A DNA stretch of 64,000 bases from the NCBI GenBank assembly GCA_963695875.1, contig CAVOID010000011.1:128001-192000 (forward strand). Reading direction: 5' to 3'. Source of the stretch: an uncultured delta proteobacterium (GTDB taxonomy: Bacteria > Desulfobacterota > Syntrophia > Syntrophales > UBA2185). Positions within the stretch are counted from its first letter, which is position 1. Each line of letters begins with the position of its first letter. The translations under genes and the position numbers were made by a program. The notes under the pieces were generated by a model that was given only the letters and a program-made list of their open reading frames with translations, made no database searches and had not been told where the DNA came from. Shown piece by piece: positions 20,773-32,836 of this stretch.

Positions 20773-23700
20773 ATGAAAAAACAAAGCAAAGGCTATCTTT
20801 TTGAGGTCAGCTGGGAGGTCTGCAATAAGGTCGGAGGCATATATACCGTTGTTACCAGCAAAATGAGGGAAGCCATTAATAATTATGGCGAACGTTATTT
20901 CCTCCTGGGACCTGATCTCAAAACCAATCCTGATTTTGAAGAAACTGATGAAGACTGCTGGGTAAGGATCAGGGAAAGTACGGCCATCAAAGAAATCCCA
21001 TGCCGTTTCGGCAGGTGGAAAATCCCCGGTGAACCAAAGGTTATCCTCGTCAATTTCGGAAAGAAATATGACAAGGAGCAGCTGCTCTACAGGCTCTGGG
21101 AGGATTATGGCGTCGATTCGATAGCCGGTGGATGGGACTATGTGGAACCGGTAATGTTCAGTTATGCCTGCGGTGAGGTCATCGAAACAATCTACAATTT
21201 GATGGTCAGACCTCATGGTATGCAGGCCGTTGCCCAGTTTCATGAATGGATGTGCGGCGCGGGACTCCTGTTTTTGAAAAAAAAGGTCCCGGAAATGGGC
21301 ACTGTCTTCACCACCCATGCCACGATTTTAGGGAGAACCCTTGCCGGTTCAGGTGTGGATATCTATACAGCGATGGATCATCTCTCACCGCAAATAGAGG
21401 CGGGCGCCCATAACATTAAGGCGAAATATTCCATGGAGGTGACATCGGCCAGGGAAGCAGATTGCTTTACGACAGTCAGCGAAATAACAGCTACTGAAGC
21501 GAAAAATTTTCTCGGCAGATATCCTGATGTTATAACACCCAACGGGCTTGACATGGACCATATTCCTGATCTCGCAGCGGATAGAGCACCTGCATTAAAG
21601 TGCGAGGGAAAAACTTCTTAGTGCTGCTTCACGGTTTCTGAGAAAGGATTTTCCCTGCAAATACAAAGATTGTGGTCATATCGGGCGTTACGAATTCCAT
21701 AATAAGGGTATCGATATTTCCCTGAATGCCTTCAGCCGGCTCGATAAAGATATGACAAAAGATGAAGTGGTCCTCGCTTTATCTTTTCGTCCTGCGCGGC
21801 CATACGGATTTGATTCCTGCCCTTCAGAGCGATCATACAAAACCGGAACCGGGCAATCCTCCCATTGCGACCCACAGACTCCATAATGAGGCGTCCTGAC
21901 CCCATTCTGCAGACATGCAACAGATTGGGACTAATGAACACACCACAAAACAGGGTTTACGTCATCTTTGATCCGGCATACCTGAACGGCCATGACGGTC
22001 TGATCAACATGACCTATTACGAAGCCCTTTCGGGATGTGATCTGGGGGTTTTCCCGTCGTACTATGAACCCTGGGGATATACACCCCTGGAAAGTGTCGC
22101 CCACGCCGTACCGACGATAACGACTGATCAGGCCGGTTTCGGAACACTGGGTTCAGTTAATGGCGCTGGAGAATGGCGGGGTTATCCTCTTAAATCGTAA
22201 AGGACAGAAAATCGATTTAATTGAAGAAAATTTATATAATATCTTCAAAAATTTTCTATCCTGGAGTGATGAGGAAATTGAAGCGAGGCGTAAGAGTGCC
22301 CGGGACGTCGCACTTCAGGCCAACTGGAAAGATTTCTTCAAGTTATACCTAAGGGCCTATGATCAAGCTGTCGCTGCTGCCCATGAGCGTGCCGAAAAGC
22401 TCATCTCCATAGACTACAGGATGGAAAAGAAATATGTGTTTGCCGGCACTGTATCTACTCAGCCCCATTTTCGGGCGTTTACAGCCGTTGTAAATCTTCC
22501 CCTCAAAATTGAGCGGCTAAGAGAACTTGCCTATAATCTATGGTGGACATGGCACCCCAAGGCCCGCAGTCTGTATATTTCCCTCGATCCAAAAGTGTGG
22601 CCGGAGATGCACAATAACCCTGTAAAAATGTTGGAGACGATATCGCCGGAAAAACTCTTGGAGGCATCGGAAAACCCGAGCTACATGTCAATGTACACAC
22701 AGATCGTCCAGCAGTTCGATGAATATATTAACGATAGAGCCCCCCATGAAATGGTTAAGGTCTCTCCGGCAATCAAATGGTCATCTCCGATTGCCTATTT
22801 CTCGGCAGAATATGGCCTTCATGAAAGCATTCCCATTTATTCAGGCGGCTTGGGTACACTCTCCGGCGATCACTTAAAAACTTCCAGCGACCTCAATATA
22901 CCGCTCATTGGTATTGGTCTTCTCTATAAGAACGGTTATTTTAAACAGGTTATTGATAAAAATGGTATCCAGATAGAGGAATATCCTGAGAACGACTTCT
23001 CTGTCCTGCCCATTCAGAATGTCCGGGACGAAACTGGAAATGAAGTTCAGATATCCCTTGAGCTGCCCGGTAGGACACTTTATGCAAATATCTGGGAAGT
23101 AAAAGTGGGGCGTGTTTCATTGTATCTGTTAAATGCTGATGTTCCGGGAAATACCATTCAGGATCGAAAAATAACGGAGCGACTGTATCACGCGGATCAG
23201 AGGATAAGGATTGAACAGGAAATCCTTTTAGGCATGGGCGGTGTGAGGCTGATCAAAAAGCTGGGCATCAGGCCGCGCGTCTACCACATCAATGAAGGAC
23301 ATTCTGCATTTCTGATCTTTGAACGTATCGCCGATCTTATGACGGAGGAAGGACTTTCCCTCGATGAAGCTACGGAGATCGTTCGCGGCAGTACTGTTTT
23401 CACAACGCATACTCCCGTTGAAGCAGGCATTGAAAGGTTCCCCAGGGATTTGATGGAACATTACTTCTCCAGCTTTATTAAAAGAACGGGCATGCCCTGG
23501 TCACAATTCTGGGAAGTGGGGCGAAAAGAGGGCAGCGAAGAAAAGACATTTTATATGGCGATTTTTGCCTTAAGAATGGCGCATATGAGTAATGCCGTAA
23601 GTCATGTCCATGAAGAGGTGTCGAAACGCATGTGGCGTGATGTATGGAAGGGTTATAACATCTCGGATATCCCGATCGGTCATATCACGAACGGCGCCCA

Positions 23701-25030
23701 TACCAAGTCCTACATTTCACCGAGAATGCAGGCACTCTTTGATACATATCTTGGAGACTGGGAGAATAACATAACGTCCCCTGAAACATGGGAAAAGATT
23801 CGAGACATCCCCGATTCATTGCTGTGGGATACCAGATACGAACTAAAGCAAAGACTTATTAACTTCTTAAGGGAATATCTCTCCAAACACTGGGTGAAGT
23901 ATGGTTATACAAAGACATGGCGGGAAGAATTCTTCTCAAAAATCAATCCCGCAGCCCTGATGATCGGGTTCGCAAGAAGGTTTGCACCTTACAAACGCGC
24001 CGATATGCTCATGTCTGACCTGGACCGCCTGGACAGAATTTTAAACCATCCGACACGCCCAGTTCACATTATCATTGCAGGAAAAGCTCATCCGAACGAC
24101 GGGATGGGAAAAAGTATAATAAAGAAAGTCATAGACATCTGTCGGGATGAAAGATTCAGAGGCAAGATCTTTTTTATCGAGGACTATGACATCAATATTG
24201 CCCGGCGTCTTTTTCAGGGTGTCGACGTATGGTTGAACACGCCTCGAAGACCTTATGAAGCAAGCGGTACAAGCGGTGAAAAGGTTGTCGCAAACGGGGT
24301 CCTAAATCTCAGTGTAGCCGATGGGTGGTGGTGTGAAGGATACGACGGAACCAACGGCTGGACCATAGGACCTCCTTGCAAAGGATATAATCCGGAAAGG
24401 CCGAATGCTGACGAAGAAGACAGCCAGTCGCTGTATACATTACTCGAGAATTCAGTGATACCGACATTCTACAGCAGAGAGATATCGGGACTGCCGGAAA
24501 AATGGATCAGCATGATCAAAAGATCTCTGCAAACCCTTATGCCCAGATTCAACACAAACAGAATGCTTCTTGAATACTACCATAATATGTATCTGCCCAC
24601 GGCCAACCGGGAGCATGAACTTTACATGTATGCACATAAACTGGCTCAAGAGCTTGCCGACTGGAAACGTAAAATTCCCATGCGCTTTTCCTCACTCCGA
24701 CTGTTGGATGCCAGCATTGAGGGAATTCATGGGGATACCGTTTTCGTTGATCAACCGTTGATTGTAAGCGCGAGAATCGATCCGGGGAAGGTGGAGCCTG
24801 AAGAAATTTTGGTTGAACTGATCATCGGGAAAAAAGATGGGTACGAATTTACAGATTCTCCGGATTGTGTGCCTTTAAAGATAGCCGGCAAGACATCGGA
24901 TGGAATTCTCACGTATACCGCGGAATACATTGTCAAGCATAACGGCCCCCATTCTTATGGTATCCGGGTACTGCCGTACCATAAGAATCTTGCAGCCAAG
25001 CAGGAAACCGGCCTTGTCCTCTGGGCATGA
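20773..25030 (+). CDS. glgP: Fused GT3 glycogen synthase + GT35 alpha-glucan phosphorylase (frameshifts 21.6-22.2 kb)
   Basis: GT3 motifs FEVSWEVCNKVGGIYTV and YYEPWGYTPLE; phosphorylase motifs YFSAEYG, YSGGLG, HINEGH, FARRFAPYKR, EASGTSG. Confidence 0.88.
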
Positions 25031-25062
25031 TTTCCGGAAGCGGTATCAATAAATCGGAGGGA

Positions 25063-25287
25063 TTATTTGCGGCCGACAAAGATCAGGATGATCGTGAGGA
25101 TAATGCTGATGATGATACTTGTGGCCAGGGGAAAATAGAAGGTAAAGTTCTTGCCTTTGTAATAGAAGTCACCGGGAAGCCGCCCGATCCATGGTATCTT
25201 TCCTCCCAGCAGTATAAGGCCGCCTATGCCTGCGATTACCAGGCCGATAATGATAAGAATCTTGCCGATGCCGGAAAAGTCGGCCAT
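25063..25287 (-). CDS. DUF2905 family small membrane protein
   Basis: IGRLPGDF...FYFPLATSIIISI signature. Confidence 0.85.
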   Translation of the reverse strand: MADFSGIGKILIIIGLVIAGIGGLILLGGKIPWIGRLPGDFYYKGKNFTFYFPLATSIIISIILTIILIFVGRK

Positions 25288-25326
25288 ACAATGCCCCCAT
25301 GCTTTCAGTCGTCCCTTTATTTTAAG

Positions 25327-25639
25327 TTAAAGATTTAACGCAAAACCTATCGCGTCACGAATCTCACTAAGCTTATCTCTGGATAAAGTAGTAATCAATG
25401 ATCCGATTCTTGATTTTGAAACCGTCTGTATGTGGTCACAGTTAACTGCACACCTGTTACGCATACCATCTTTTTGGGACAAAAGCACTTCGCTCGGTAT
25501 GTCTCTAATTGTTGAAGTCACTGGCGCGACTGTAACCTTCACCGAGATATTCCAGGGTAGAATTTCTTGTTAATATAACCACAGGACGTTTTTTATCAGG
25601 GCTTTTGAACTTGTACCATCTGACCTCACCCCGTTTCAC
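25327..25639 (-). CDS. mazF: MazF/PemK-family toxin (frameshift near 25540)
   Basis: Reconstructed MKRGEVRWYKFKSPDKKRPVVILTR...VTVAPVTSTIR...AVNCDHIQTV. Confidence 0.85.
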
Positions 25640-25862
25640 CAATCACCCCATTCCTGTTCTCGTTCCCAAATGCTAAATTCTGTTTTACCGGTAGAATAAC
25701 GCTCGTAGCCCTTTTTATGCTTTTTTTCAAGCATGCTGATATGTACCTGCCAATAGCTCCTTCAACGCTTTCGGGAAATGCAGAGCGTGTTGTCTTGAGT
25801 TTTTTGACAACCTATCAACTGCTTCCACCAGGTCATCATCTAAAGTCATCTGAATCGTTCTG
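25636..25862 (-). CDS. RHH/CopG-type antitoxin (damaged by indels; start codon not intact)
   Basis: RTIQMTLDDDLVEAVDR...LEKKHKKGY...WEREQEWGDW*; stop overlaps the toxin GTG. Confidence 0.7.
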
Positions 25863-25975
25863 GTAATACCTCTCAGAACTGTTGGTATTTATAGCTATAG
25901 TAATCCACATTGCTGCAGAAGCCAAAATAATTATCACCTACTAACCACCAATCGGGGCCGAACCAAGTTAAGTAT

Positions 25976-26014
25976 CTATGCCTGCGATTACCAGATAAGA
26001 ATCTTGCCGATGCC
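25976..26014. repeat. Partial duplicate of the DUF2905 5' coding region
   Basis: Matches 25224-25272 except for a 10-nt deletion. Confidence 0.85.
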
Positions 26015-27189
26015 CAAGAAATCAAACGGACACTTTATCTCTTAAGAAAGTTTTTATTAGTCGATTCAACGCTGATCGGCAACACCGCAAAATCATGATT
26101 CTGTCAAAAGCATAACGCGGCGAATTACAGTTTGAAAGATTGTAGCGCGTAGCAATCGATCACAATGTCAGCGTAGTGATGTTGCAGTCCGAATTATGCC
26201 GATTTTTAAATATCTGTATCTAACCATGCTAACGACCTTTCAGTGTTTCACCGCGAAATTAAGCGGTTTTAACACCATCAAGATTGAATTGAGGAGTCAT
26301 CCGTCGAGAAATTCGGTGGAAAAATGAGTGTCAGTTGTTTATTTCTTACGAACAGCAATGCGGTTGAACGATTGATGTCCTGACTAAAAGCCGAAATAAG
26401 GAATCTAGCTATGCTATTAAACAATGTGTTTCAGATTTGGACACTGTCACGCTCAAATTCTACATTGGTTTTTTAAAAATTCAATGAGATGTCAATATTG
26501 GTATTAGTCTTAGTCTGGCCTACGTCATAACCTTGCGTGTATTGTTCACATTTGATACCGATACGACGGTGAGGCCTTACAAATTGCATCATTATTTCCT
26601 CAACGCTTCACGGGGTTACCTTGCGTGAAAGTATCGACTGGAATTTCGAACATTTGCCAAAATCTTTTTGGAAAATCAGATATCCGAAAAGCACGCAGGC
26701 CCCCAACTGACGGTGATAGTGGGGCTGAGGTAAGCAGCGTTCCGTGGTCTGGAGGGCGAATTTCAACAATCGCAACGCATTCCTCTAGCAAACCTGATAG
26801 CCTTGACATCTATTTGATCGAACTGGCCCCTTGCTACAGCATTATCAAATCGACTGGAATAGCATGATTCTTTCCAGGCGAGAACGAACGGTTGACTATC
26901 ATGCATTTGAAAGAATCTCGCATCTCCGCGGATATAATGTGTTTGTAAGGTGCACCGATGTGGCTTTGGTTGGAACTACATCAGGGTTTATCTCCAGTTC
27001 AATTCCGGACTAATTCCAGATGGTTTACAAATAGAGTGCGGTTGCATCAGCAGACTGGAAAGCGACGGCAACACGCGAACGATTATCTAGCTTGAACCAT
27101 GAGCTAAGGCTTCACTTTTCTTATCATTGCAGTTGCTCAAAATGTGAATCTGGGACGGAGTCCGCTTATAAGTCAATAATTCACGTTCG

Positions 27190-27996
27190 TCATAAGCAAA
27201 ACCGACAGACTCTTGGAATAGCACGTTCAATCGAGTAATTCTTTTGACTAAATAAATGCTCAAGAGATTGTTCGGCTACATGCCGATCAACTCCAACCCT
27301 CTCTGCTCTGGCAATTTTTGCAACTTGTCTGAAATCGACTCGATTTGAAATTATTCCATCTTTGTATTTTGAGATGAGAATTTCCCTCATACTCTCTTTG
27401 CCCAATTTCTTGACTATGTTCGGCATGCTTCGCTCAACTGTCTTAAGGGCACGCTCCATCTCTATAAAGAAATCTTCGGTAAGTTTTTGCTGAGGTTTGG
27501 GCTTCTGTAACTCGTTAAGAATTACTTGTTTGTATTTATCCGGTAACGCCATGAGAAGTTTGCAACGTCTCAGAAGACCAAGAACCAAACCTGTCTCCAT
27601 AGACAGTTCTTTTTCTGTTGGTTCTCTTTGGAAATTTCTTTCCAGTAACTCGATAACACGCGGAAGTTTGACGGCAATGGTCAACAAATCCCATTGTTCA
27701 CGTAAAGCGTGAATATTGAACATTAAGAGAAGGTTGGTTAGCTGATCTGGTTTATCCTGGATTAGTGCAGGGATAGTCTTACGATTCAGTTTGATCGAGC
27801 AACGCCAGCGCCTTTCTCCATCAATCAGTACGAACCGTTTCCCATCGCGAAAAACAGAAATTGGAACTTGAACGCCATGGCGTCTAATCGATTCCATTAA
27901 CTGAGACATTTCAGCTGGTCGGAAGATAATTCGCGGATTCTCTCGGTTCCGATCAATTGCGTCAACATTGCTTTCTCGAAAGTTTCCTTCACTCAT
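27190..27996 (-). CDS. ParB/Sulfiredoxin N-terminal domain protein (C-terminus probably frameshifted)
   Basis: NRENPR, LMESIRRHGVQVPI, LIDGERRWR. Confidence 0.8.
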   Translation of the reverse strand: MSEGNFRESNVDAIDRNRENPRIIFRPAEMSQLMESIRRHGVQVPISVFRDGKRFVLIDGERRWRCSIKLNRKTIPALIQDKPDQLTNLLLMFNIHALREQWDLLTIAVKLPRVIELLERNFQREPTEKELSMETGLVLGLLRRCKLLMALPDKYKQVILNELQKPKPQQKLTEDFFIEMERALKTVERSMPNIVKKLGKESMREILISKYKDGIISNRVDFRQVAKIARAERVGVDRHVAEQSLEHLFSQKNYSIERAIPRVCRFCL

Positions 27997-28005
27997 GTTT
28001 ATTTC

Positions 28006-28784
28006 CTAGCAGTTTGTTACGATAATTTCATTGACTTTCCGACGCGCGCCATAAAGCCAGCAATATTTCTTCTTGCCTGGACTGCACAGTTTGTCCAATG
28101 TATTGAGTCATGTATCTCTGGAACGTCTGCTAAGTTAGAACAAATCGTACTCCGCGATTAGCAGCTCGATCTAAAGCAGCGGTTAATCGTATGAGATCCT
28201 TTGTGGTGAACAGATCTTTTCCATATTCATTGAAGATTCTCATTGAAGCCGTGGCATAAGGAGGATCAAGGTAGATGAAATCTCCTAAGATAGTGCGATC
28301 TACCGATTGGAACTCTACAGTTTCAAGTATTGCGTTATTTTGGATACGACTTGCTTCCCTTAACTCTAGGGGGTGAAGCAATTTCCATTTGTGCTTGCTG
28401 CAATAAGGTACATTGAATCGGCCTTCCCGGTTTGTTCGGTAAAGGCCATCAAAAAAACAGTATTGCGTAAATGAATTGTGCTGCTCTCTCATTTGGAGAT
28501 AACTGTGCGGGATCTTGAGCTCGTACCTGTAAAAGCTTCGTTCATAACTATTTGCATACGAGAGAGAACCTAAAATATTATTTCAGGTGCAGTTTGAATT
28601 TGTGCCAATTTGCAGATTAACTCATATTAAGATAGAGAGCACAGCCCACTGGGGTTGAATAGAAAAAAAAAGGGCTGCTGAACCCAAATGGGTCAATATA
28701 TGTTTTGAAGTGAGGCTGCCAAAAGTTCTTGATGGTCGCAATTAGCTGATCTTTGCTACCCGCCCAACGCAGAAATGGCTTCAC
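28006..28784 (-). pseudogene. Dam-family (D12 class) DNA adenine methyltransferase, heavily frameshifted
   Basis: KPFLRWAGSK, GSAALFF, GLYRTNREGRFNVPY, DFIYLDPPY, EIIVTN*. Confidence 0.8.
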
Positions 28785-29212
28785 GTATTGCCCCGAAATT
28801 ATGTGATAGAAATTCCTTTTGCAATCAACTCTATATATGGGAGTGGTGATTACATGTCAAGAAAAATGACCATAGCTTAGGTAGGTATGATAGGCGTTCC
28901 GGTGGCAAGGAATGCAAAAGGTCGGATGGTCGCTTAGAGTACCCTGATATTGTGCTCCGGGGTAGTACAGTCAGAAGGTATTTTGGAGAGTCATTCGGGC
29001 AGATTTGCCTATATGCATCTTCATTGATATTGGTCTTTACGAATCTTTGCAGCTGATGTAAGGCTCCCAAAGGTAGTCGGATTCTAGATATCGATGATTT
29101 TTGTTCAAAATCTTGAATGTCTTTATAAAATAGATTTAACGAGTACAGGAAGGAAGCGTTATGGTGCAATTTCGATGCGGTCTTAATGCAATCATTTGAA
29201 ATTATATAGCAG

Positions 29213-30196
29213 TCAACGGGATGCCCAGTTGAACGGCGTTTTTTGCGCAAAGTCCGGAGCCAGCGCGCGGTCGTCGACATTCTGGGTATAGATGGTTTCA
29301 AAGCCCATGTCGAGGGCGTGATTGACGACGAGTTCATATTCGTTGCGAGTGATTCTTCTTCCCAGTCGGGGATGATCTTTAACGGAAGGCATGGGCGTAT
29401 ACTGGGACATGATGCTGAGCGGCACGGAAACTGATATATGCTCTTTGATCAGTCTGAATACTTCGAGGCTGTTCTTTATATGCCCCGGCAGAACTAAATG
29501 TCGGATGAGCAAACCCCTCTTTGCTATGCGTTCCTCCATTTCAAGAGTATCGCCAACCTGCCGCGCCATTTCGCGGATAGATTCGAGGACATATTGAGGA
29601 TAATCTTTTGCCCCGGAGAGAACAAGGGCGTCATCTTCAATGCCATACTTGAAGTCGGGCAGATAGATATCCACCATTCCTTCCACTAGTTTTAACACTT
29701 CCGGATTTTCGTAACCGCCGCAATTGTAAACAAGGGGCAGATGCAAACCTCTCCGGCGGGCTATCATTAGCGCCTCCATAATCTGAGGCAGCTGGGGAGT
29801 GGGCGTAACGGGCTCGATGTTGTGACAGCCCTTTTCCTGGAGCGTCATCATGATGCCGGCAAGTCCTTCGCTGTCGAGCCGTTCGCCTGATGTCTGATGG
29901 CTTATTTGGTAATTCTGGCAGTAGATGCACTTCAGGTTGCACGATGAGAGGAATATTGTTCCCGCGCCCTGTGTGCCGGAGATGGGGGGCTCCTCGCCAT
30001 AATGGGTAAGGGCCCGGCTTAACGTGATGCCATCCGAAAGGCCGCAGAATCCTGCTTCTCCAGTGGTCCTGTCGACCCTGCATTTTCTGGGGCAGAGTGT
30101 GCACTTTTTAAGGATTCGTTTTAATTGTTCTATCTTTTGGCTTAGTACAGAAACAGATTTTATCTCTTGCTCACCCCTTTGAAAAATCCCCCTCAA
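29213..30196 (-). CDS. Radical SAM protein, PflX-like (start uncertain)
   Basis: CTLCPRKC, HYGEEPPISG, CNLKCIYCQN, DIYLPDFKY, RHLVLPG, MSQYTP. Confidence 0.9.
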   Translation of the reverse strand: MRGIFQRGEQEIKSVSVLSQKIEQLKRILKKCTLCPRKCRVDRTTGEAGFCGLSDGITLSRALTHYGEEPPISGTQGAGTIFLSSCNLKCIYCQNYQISHQTSGERLDSEGLAGIMMTLQEKGCHNIEPVTPTPQLPQIMEALMIARRRGLHLPLVYNCGGYENPEVLKLVEGMVDIYLPDFKYGIEDDALVLSGAKDYPQYVLESIREMARQVGDTLEMEERIAKRGLLIRHLVLPGHIKNSLEVFRLIKEHISVSVPLSIMSQYTPMPSVKDHPRLGRRITRNEYELVVNHALDMGFETIYTQNVDDRALAPDFAQKTPFNWASR

Positions 30197-30218
30197 TCCC
30201 CCTTTACAAAAGGGGGCG
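30172..30218. repeat. REP-like palindrome ccccctttnnaaaaggggg (related copy at ~17939-17958)
   Basis: tccccctttacaaaaggggg here and tccccctttgcaaaaggggg at 17.9 kb. Confidence 0.5.
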
Positions 30219-31350
30219 TTCGGAAGTGGGAAATAACATTCTTATAGTATTTTTTAAAGAGTGGGATTTTTTTTGGTGTCGTTTCCATCTTTTCCACAAC
30301 ATCCTTGATTCTTTTGCTTTCCACCAGCTCCAGAAATTCCTCTCCCAGGGGCTGCGCCTGTTCAACCGCCTGCCGCCAGTTCTTGATGCGCGCAGCCGGG
30401 TCGTCGATGAAAGTCCCAAAGTCGCTCCTCTCAGGCACCTTCCCTCCCGGAAGTCGAGCAATAAAGGCTTCCGATGGATAAATCATCAAAACATTATCCA
30501 GAATATCCTCCTGCGGCCGGCGGTAGGAAAGCCGTTTATCCAGCCATCCTGGTACGATCCTTTCCTGATGATTGAAGAACAGCACGATGTCTTCCATTGT
30601 CTGTGCATAGTTATGGGTCAGATGATAATCGATCAGACCGCCATCGCGATATACGCCCTTAGGCGCCCCATAGATATCTCTGACACCGGAAACAACCAGC
30701 GGTATCGCTCCGGAGGCCGCGACGGCATACTTAAAATTGATCTCATTCAGGGGGATATAGCGCCCCCGGAAGCCCGGCTTGAAACAGAACGGCGGCGGCT
30801 TGGGCCCGTTGTAGAACACAACCCGCTCGGCGAAATTATGAATGTATGAACGTTTAACGGCATTAAAGGCGAAGCAAATCCCCAGTCCCATCTTCAGCAA
30901 CCACGGCACTTCGGAAGCCACGACGTTTCTTGAACGGGCTGTAATGATGGCAAGACGGTAATTTTTATTGGCAAGCGCGAAAGGCAGCGCATCGTTTTCA
31001 ATATAGGCATTTACAGTATCCATCAAGGAATCCAGAACTGTGGCGGGGGTATCGGTTCTTTTGTAGATAATGCCGATGTAGGATTCCATGAGAGTGCGGT
31101 AACTCTTTTCCGGCTCAGGCTGCAGCCAGGCGGCAAAGCGGAATGCCCCCGCCGAAGAGCCGACAAGGTGTACCGCCCTGGAACGCCCCAGGAGGCCATT
31201 CTTTAACAGGGTTAGATCGAAACCGCTGGTGACCAGCCATCTGGGTCCTGTGGCCGGGCCAAAATATGTTGATACGCGATCGAAGTGGAAACCTCCATCC
31301 CGGATTATTTCATACGCACGCTTGCCCGCTTTGATACAGATATTGTTCAT
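30193..31350 (-). CDS. Patatin-like phospholipase family protein
   Basis: Gly-rich loop, GSSAG nucleophile, ASGAIP, DGG motif. Confidence 0.75.
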   Translation of the reverse strand: MNNICIKAGKRAYEIIRDGGFHFDRVSTYFGPATGPRWLVTSGFDLTLLKNGLLGRSRAVHLVGSSAGAFRFAAWLQPEPEKSYRTLMESYIGIIYKRTDTPATVLDSLMDTVNAYIENDALPFALANKNYRLAIITARSRNVVASEVPWLLKMGLGICFAFNAVKRSYIHNFAERVVFYNGPKPPPFCFKPGFRGRYIPLNEINFKYAVAASGAIPLVVSGVRDIYGAPKGVYRDGGLIDYHLTHNYAQTMEDIVLFFNHQERIVPGWLDKRLSYRRPQEDILDNVLMIYPSEAFIARLPGGKVPERSDFGTFIDDPAARIKNWRQAVEQAQPLGEEFLELVESKRIKDVVEKMETTPKKIPLFKKYYKNVISHFRTPPFVKGD

Positions 31351-31579
31351 TTTTATCAACCGTTGCGTTTTAAACCCCTGCAACTTCTGGTGAAATTTTC
31401 CCAGATAGACGGAAACTTACCGGGAATCACCACAAATGACCTTGACACTGTCCCGGACGTTCGGTAAAGTATCTCACTTAAAAAGGAATTCCCCGATACT
31501 TTTCAGATTGCGGTTAATACATAATCATGACAAGTTTTGTCAATGTCTATTGTTGAAATTTATCTAAAAAAGGCCGTAT

Positions 31580-32836
31580 ATGGACATCAAGGCTCAGATA
31601 GTTGAAATAGCGAAAAAAGCAAGATATGCCTCCACCGCGCTTGCCCGCATATCTTCAGAGGCTAAAAACAGGGCCCTCCTCGATATGGCGGAGGTACTCA
31701 TCAGGCAAGCAGGCCCGCTGATAAAGGAAAATGCAAAGGATATCAAGAAGGCAAGGCAGATGGGTCTCTCAGAAGCCATGATGGACAGGCTTATGTTGAA
31801 GAAAAGCACGATTGAGGGCATAGCCGAAGGCTTGAAAGAAGTTGCCGCCCTTCCGGACCCGGTCGGAAAAGTGACATCCATGTGGCGAAGGCCAAACGGG
31901 CTTCTCGTCGGGCGAATGAGGATCCCTCTGGGGGTTATCGGCATCATCTATGAATCCCGTCCCAACGTAACCGTAGACGCCGCAGCCCTCTGTCTGAAAT
32001 CCGGAAACGCCGTTATTTTGAGAGGCGGATCAGAGGCAATAAACTCGAATATCGCCATCGCACGCATCCTCCAGGGCGTCTTGAGGAAAGGGCCGATCCC
32101 CGAGGATGCCATCCAGGTCATCCCGATGACCGAGAGGGAGGCAGTCCGGGAGATGCTGCAGCTCGAGGAATATATAGACCTGATCATCCCGCGGGGCGGT
32201 GAAGACCTGATCAGGGCTGTCGTGAATGAGTCGAAGATCCCGGTCATTAAGCACTACAAGGGCGTCTGCCATATATTCGTGGATGCCGGCGCCGACTTTG
32301 ATATGGCCGTAAAGATCTGCATGAATGCAAAGACCCAGCGCCCGGGGGTATGCAATGCCATGGAGACCCTCCTCGTCCATCAGGATATCGCAGGCAAGTT
32401 CCTGCCGGTAGTGGCGCGCCATTTCAAAGAAGCGGGCGTTGTCATGAAGGGCTGCGAAAGGACACGGCGGATCCTCAAGGATATTGAAAAAGCTGTTGAG
32501 AAAGACTGGTATGAGGAGTACCTTGATCTCGTTTTATCCATACGCGTCGTGAACGACCTCGATGAGGCTATCGCCCATATCGAAAAATACGGTTCCCTTC
32601 ACACGGAATCAATCATCACCAGCAATTATCAGAATGCACAGCGGTTTTTAAATGAAGTCAACTCCTCCACTGTTCTGGTCAATGCGTCTACCCGTTTCAG
32701 CGACGGGTTTGAGCTGGGCCTCGGTGCGGAAATAGGAATAAGTACGACTAAACTCCATGCCTTCGGTCCTATGGGACTGGAAGAGCTGACAACGACAAAA
32801 TTTATCATTTATGGAAATGGACAGGTGAGAACATGA
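31580..32836 (+). CDS. proA: Gamma-glutamyl phosphate reductase
   Basis: [48 protein letters not shown]. Confidence 0.97.
   Translation: MDIKAQIVEIAKKARYASTALARISSEAKNRALLDMAEVLIRQAGPLIKENAKDIKKARQMGLSEAMMDRLMLKKSTIEGIAEGLKEVAALPDPVGKVTSMWRRPNGLLVGRMRIPLGVIGIIYESRPNVTVDAAALCLKSGNAVILRGGSEAINSNIAIARILQGVLRKGPIPEDAIQVIPMTEREAVREMLQLEEYIDLIIPRGGEDLIRAVVNESKIPVIKHYKGVCHIFVDAGADFDMAVKICMNAKTQRPGVCNAMETLLVHQDIAGKFLPVVARHFKEAGVVMKGCERTRRILKDIEKAVEKDWYEEYLDLVLSIRVVNDLDEAIAHIEKYGSLHTESIITSNYQNAQRFLNEVNSSTVLVNASTRFSDGFELGLGAEIGISTTKLHAFGPMGLEELTTTKFIIYGNGQVRT

Noticed and set aside
13476..22200. True pseudogenisation or programmed frameshifting of ilvE, lolA and the glycogen genes
   Set aside because: Damage appears to be indel-dominated with preserved motifs, affects a normally essential gene and is regionally clustered, which fits sequencing error
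28831..29337. 168-aa minus-strand ORF
   Set aside because: Overlaps the radical SAM gene end in another frame, has no recognisable motif or RBS, and cannot be supported
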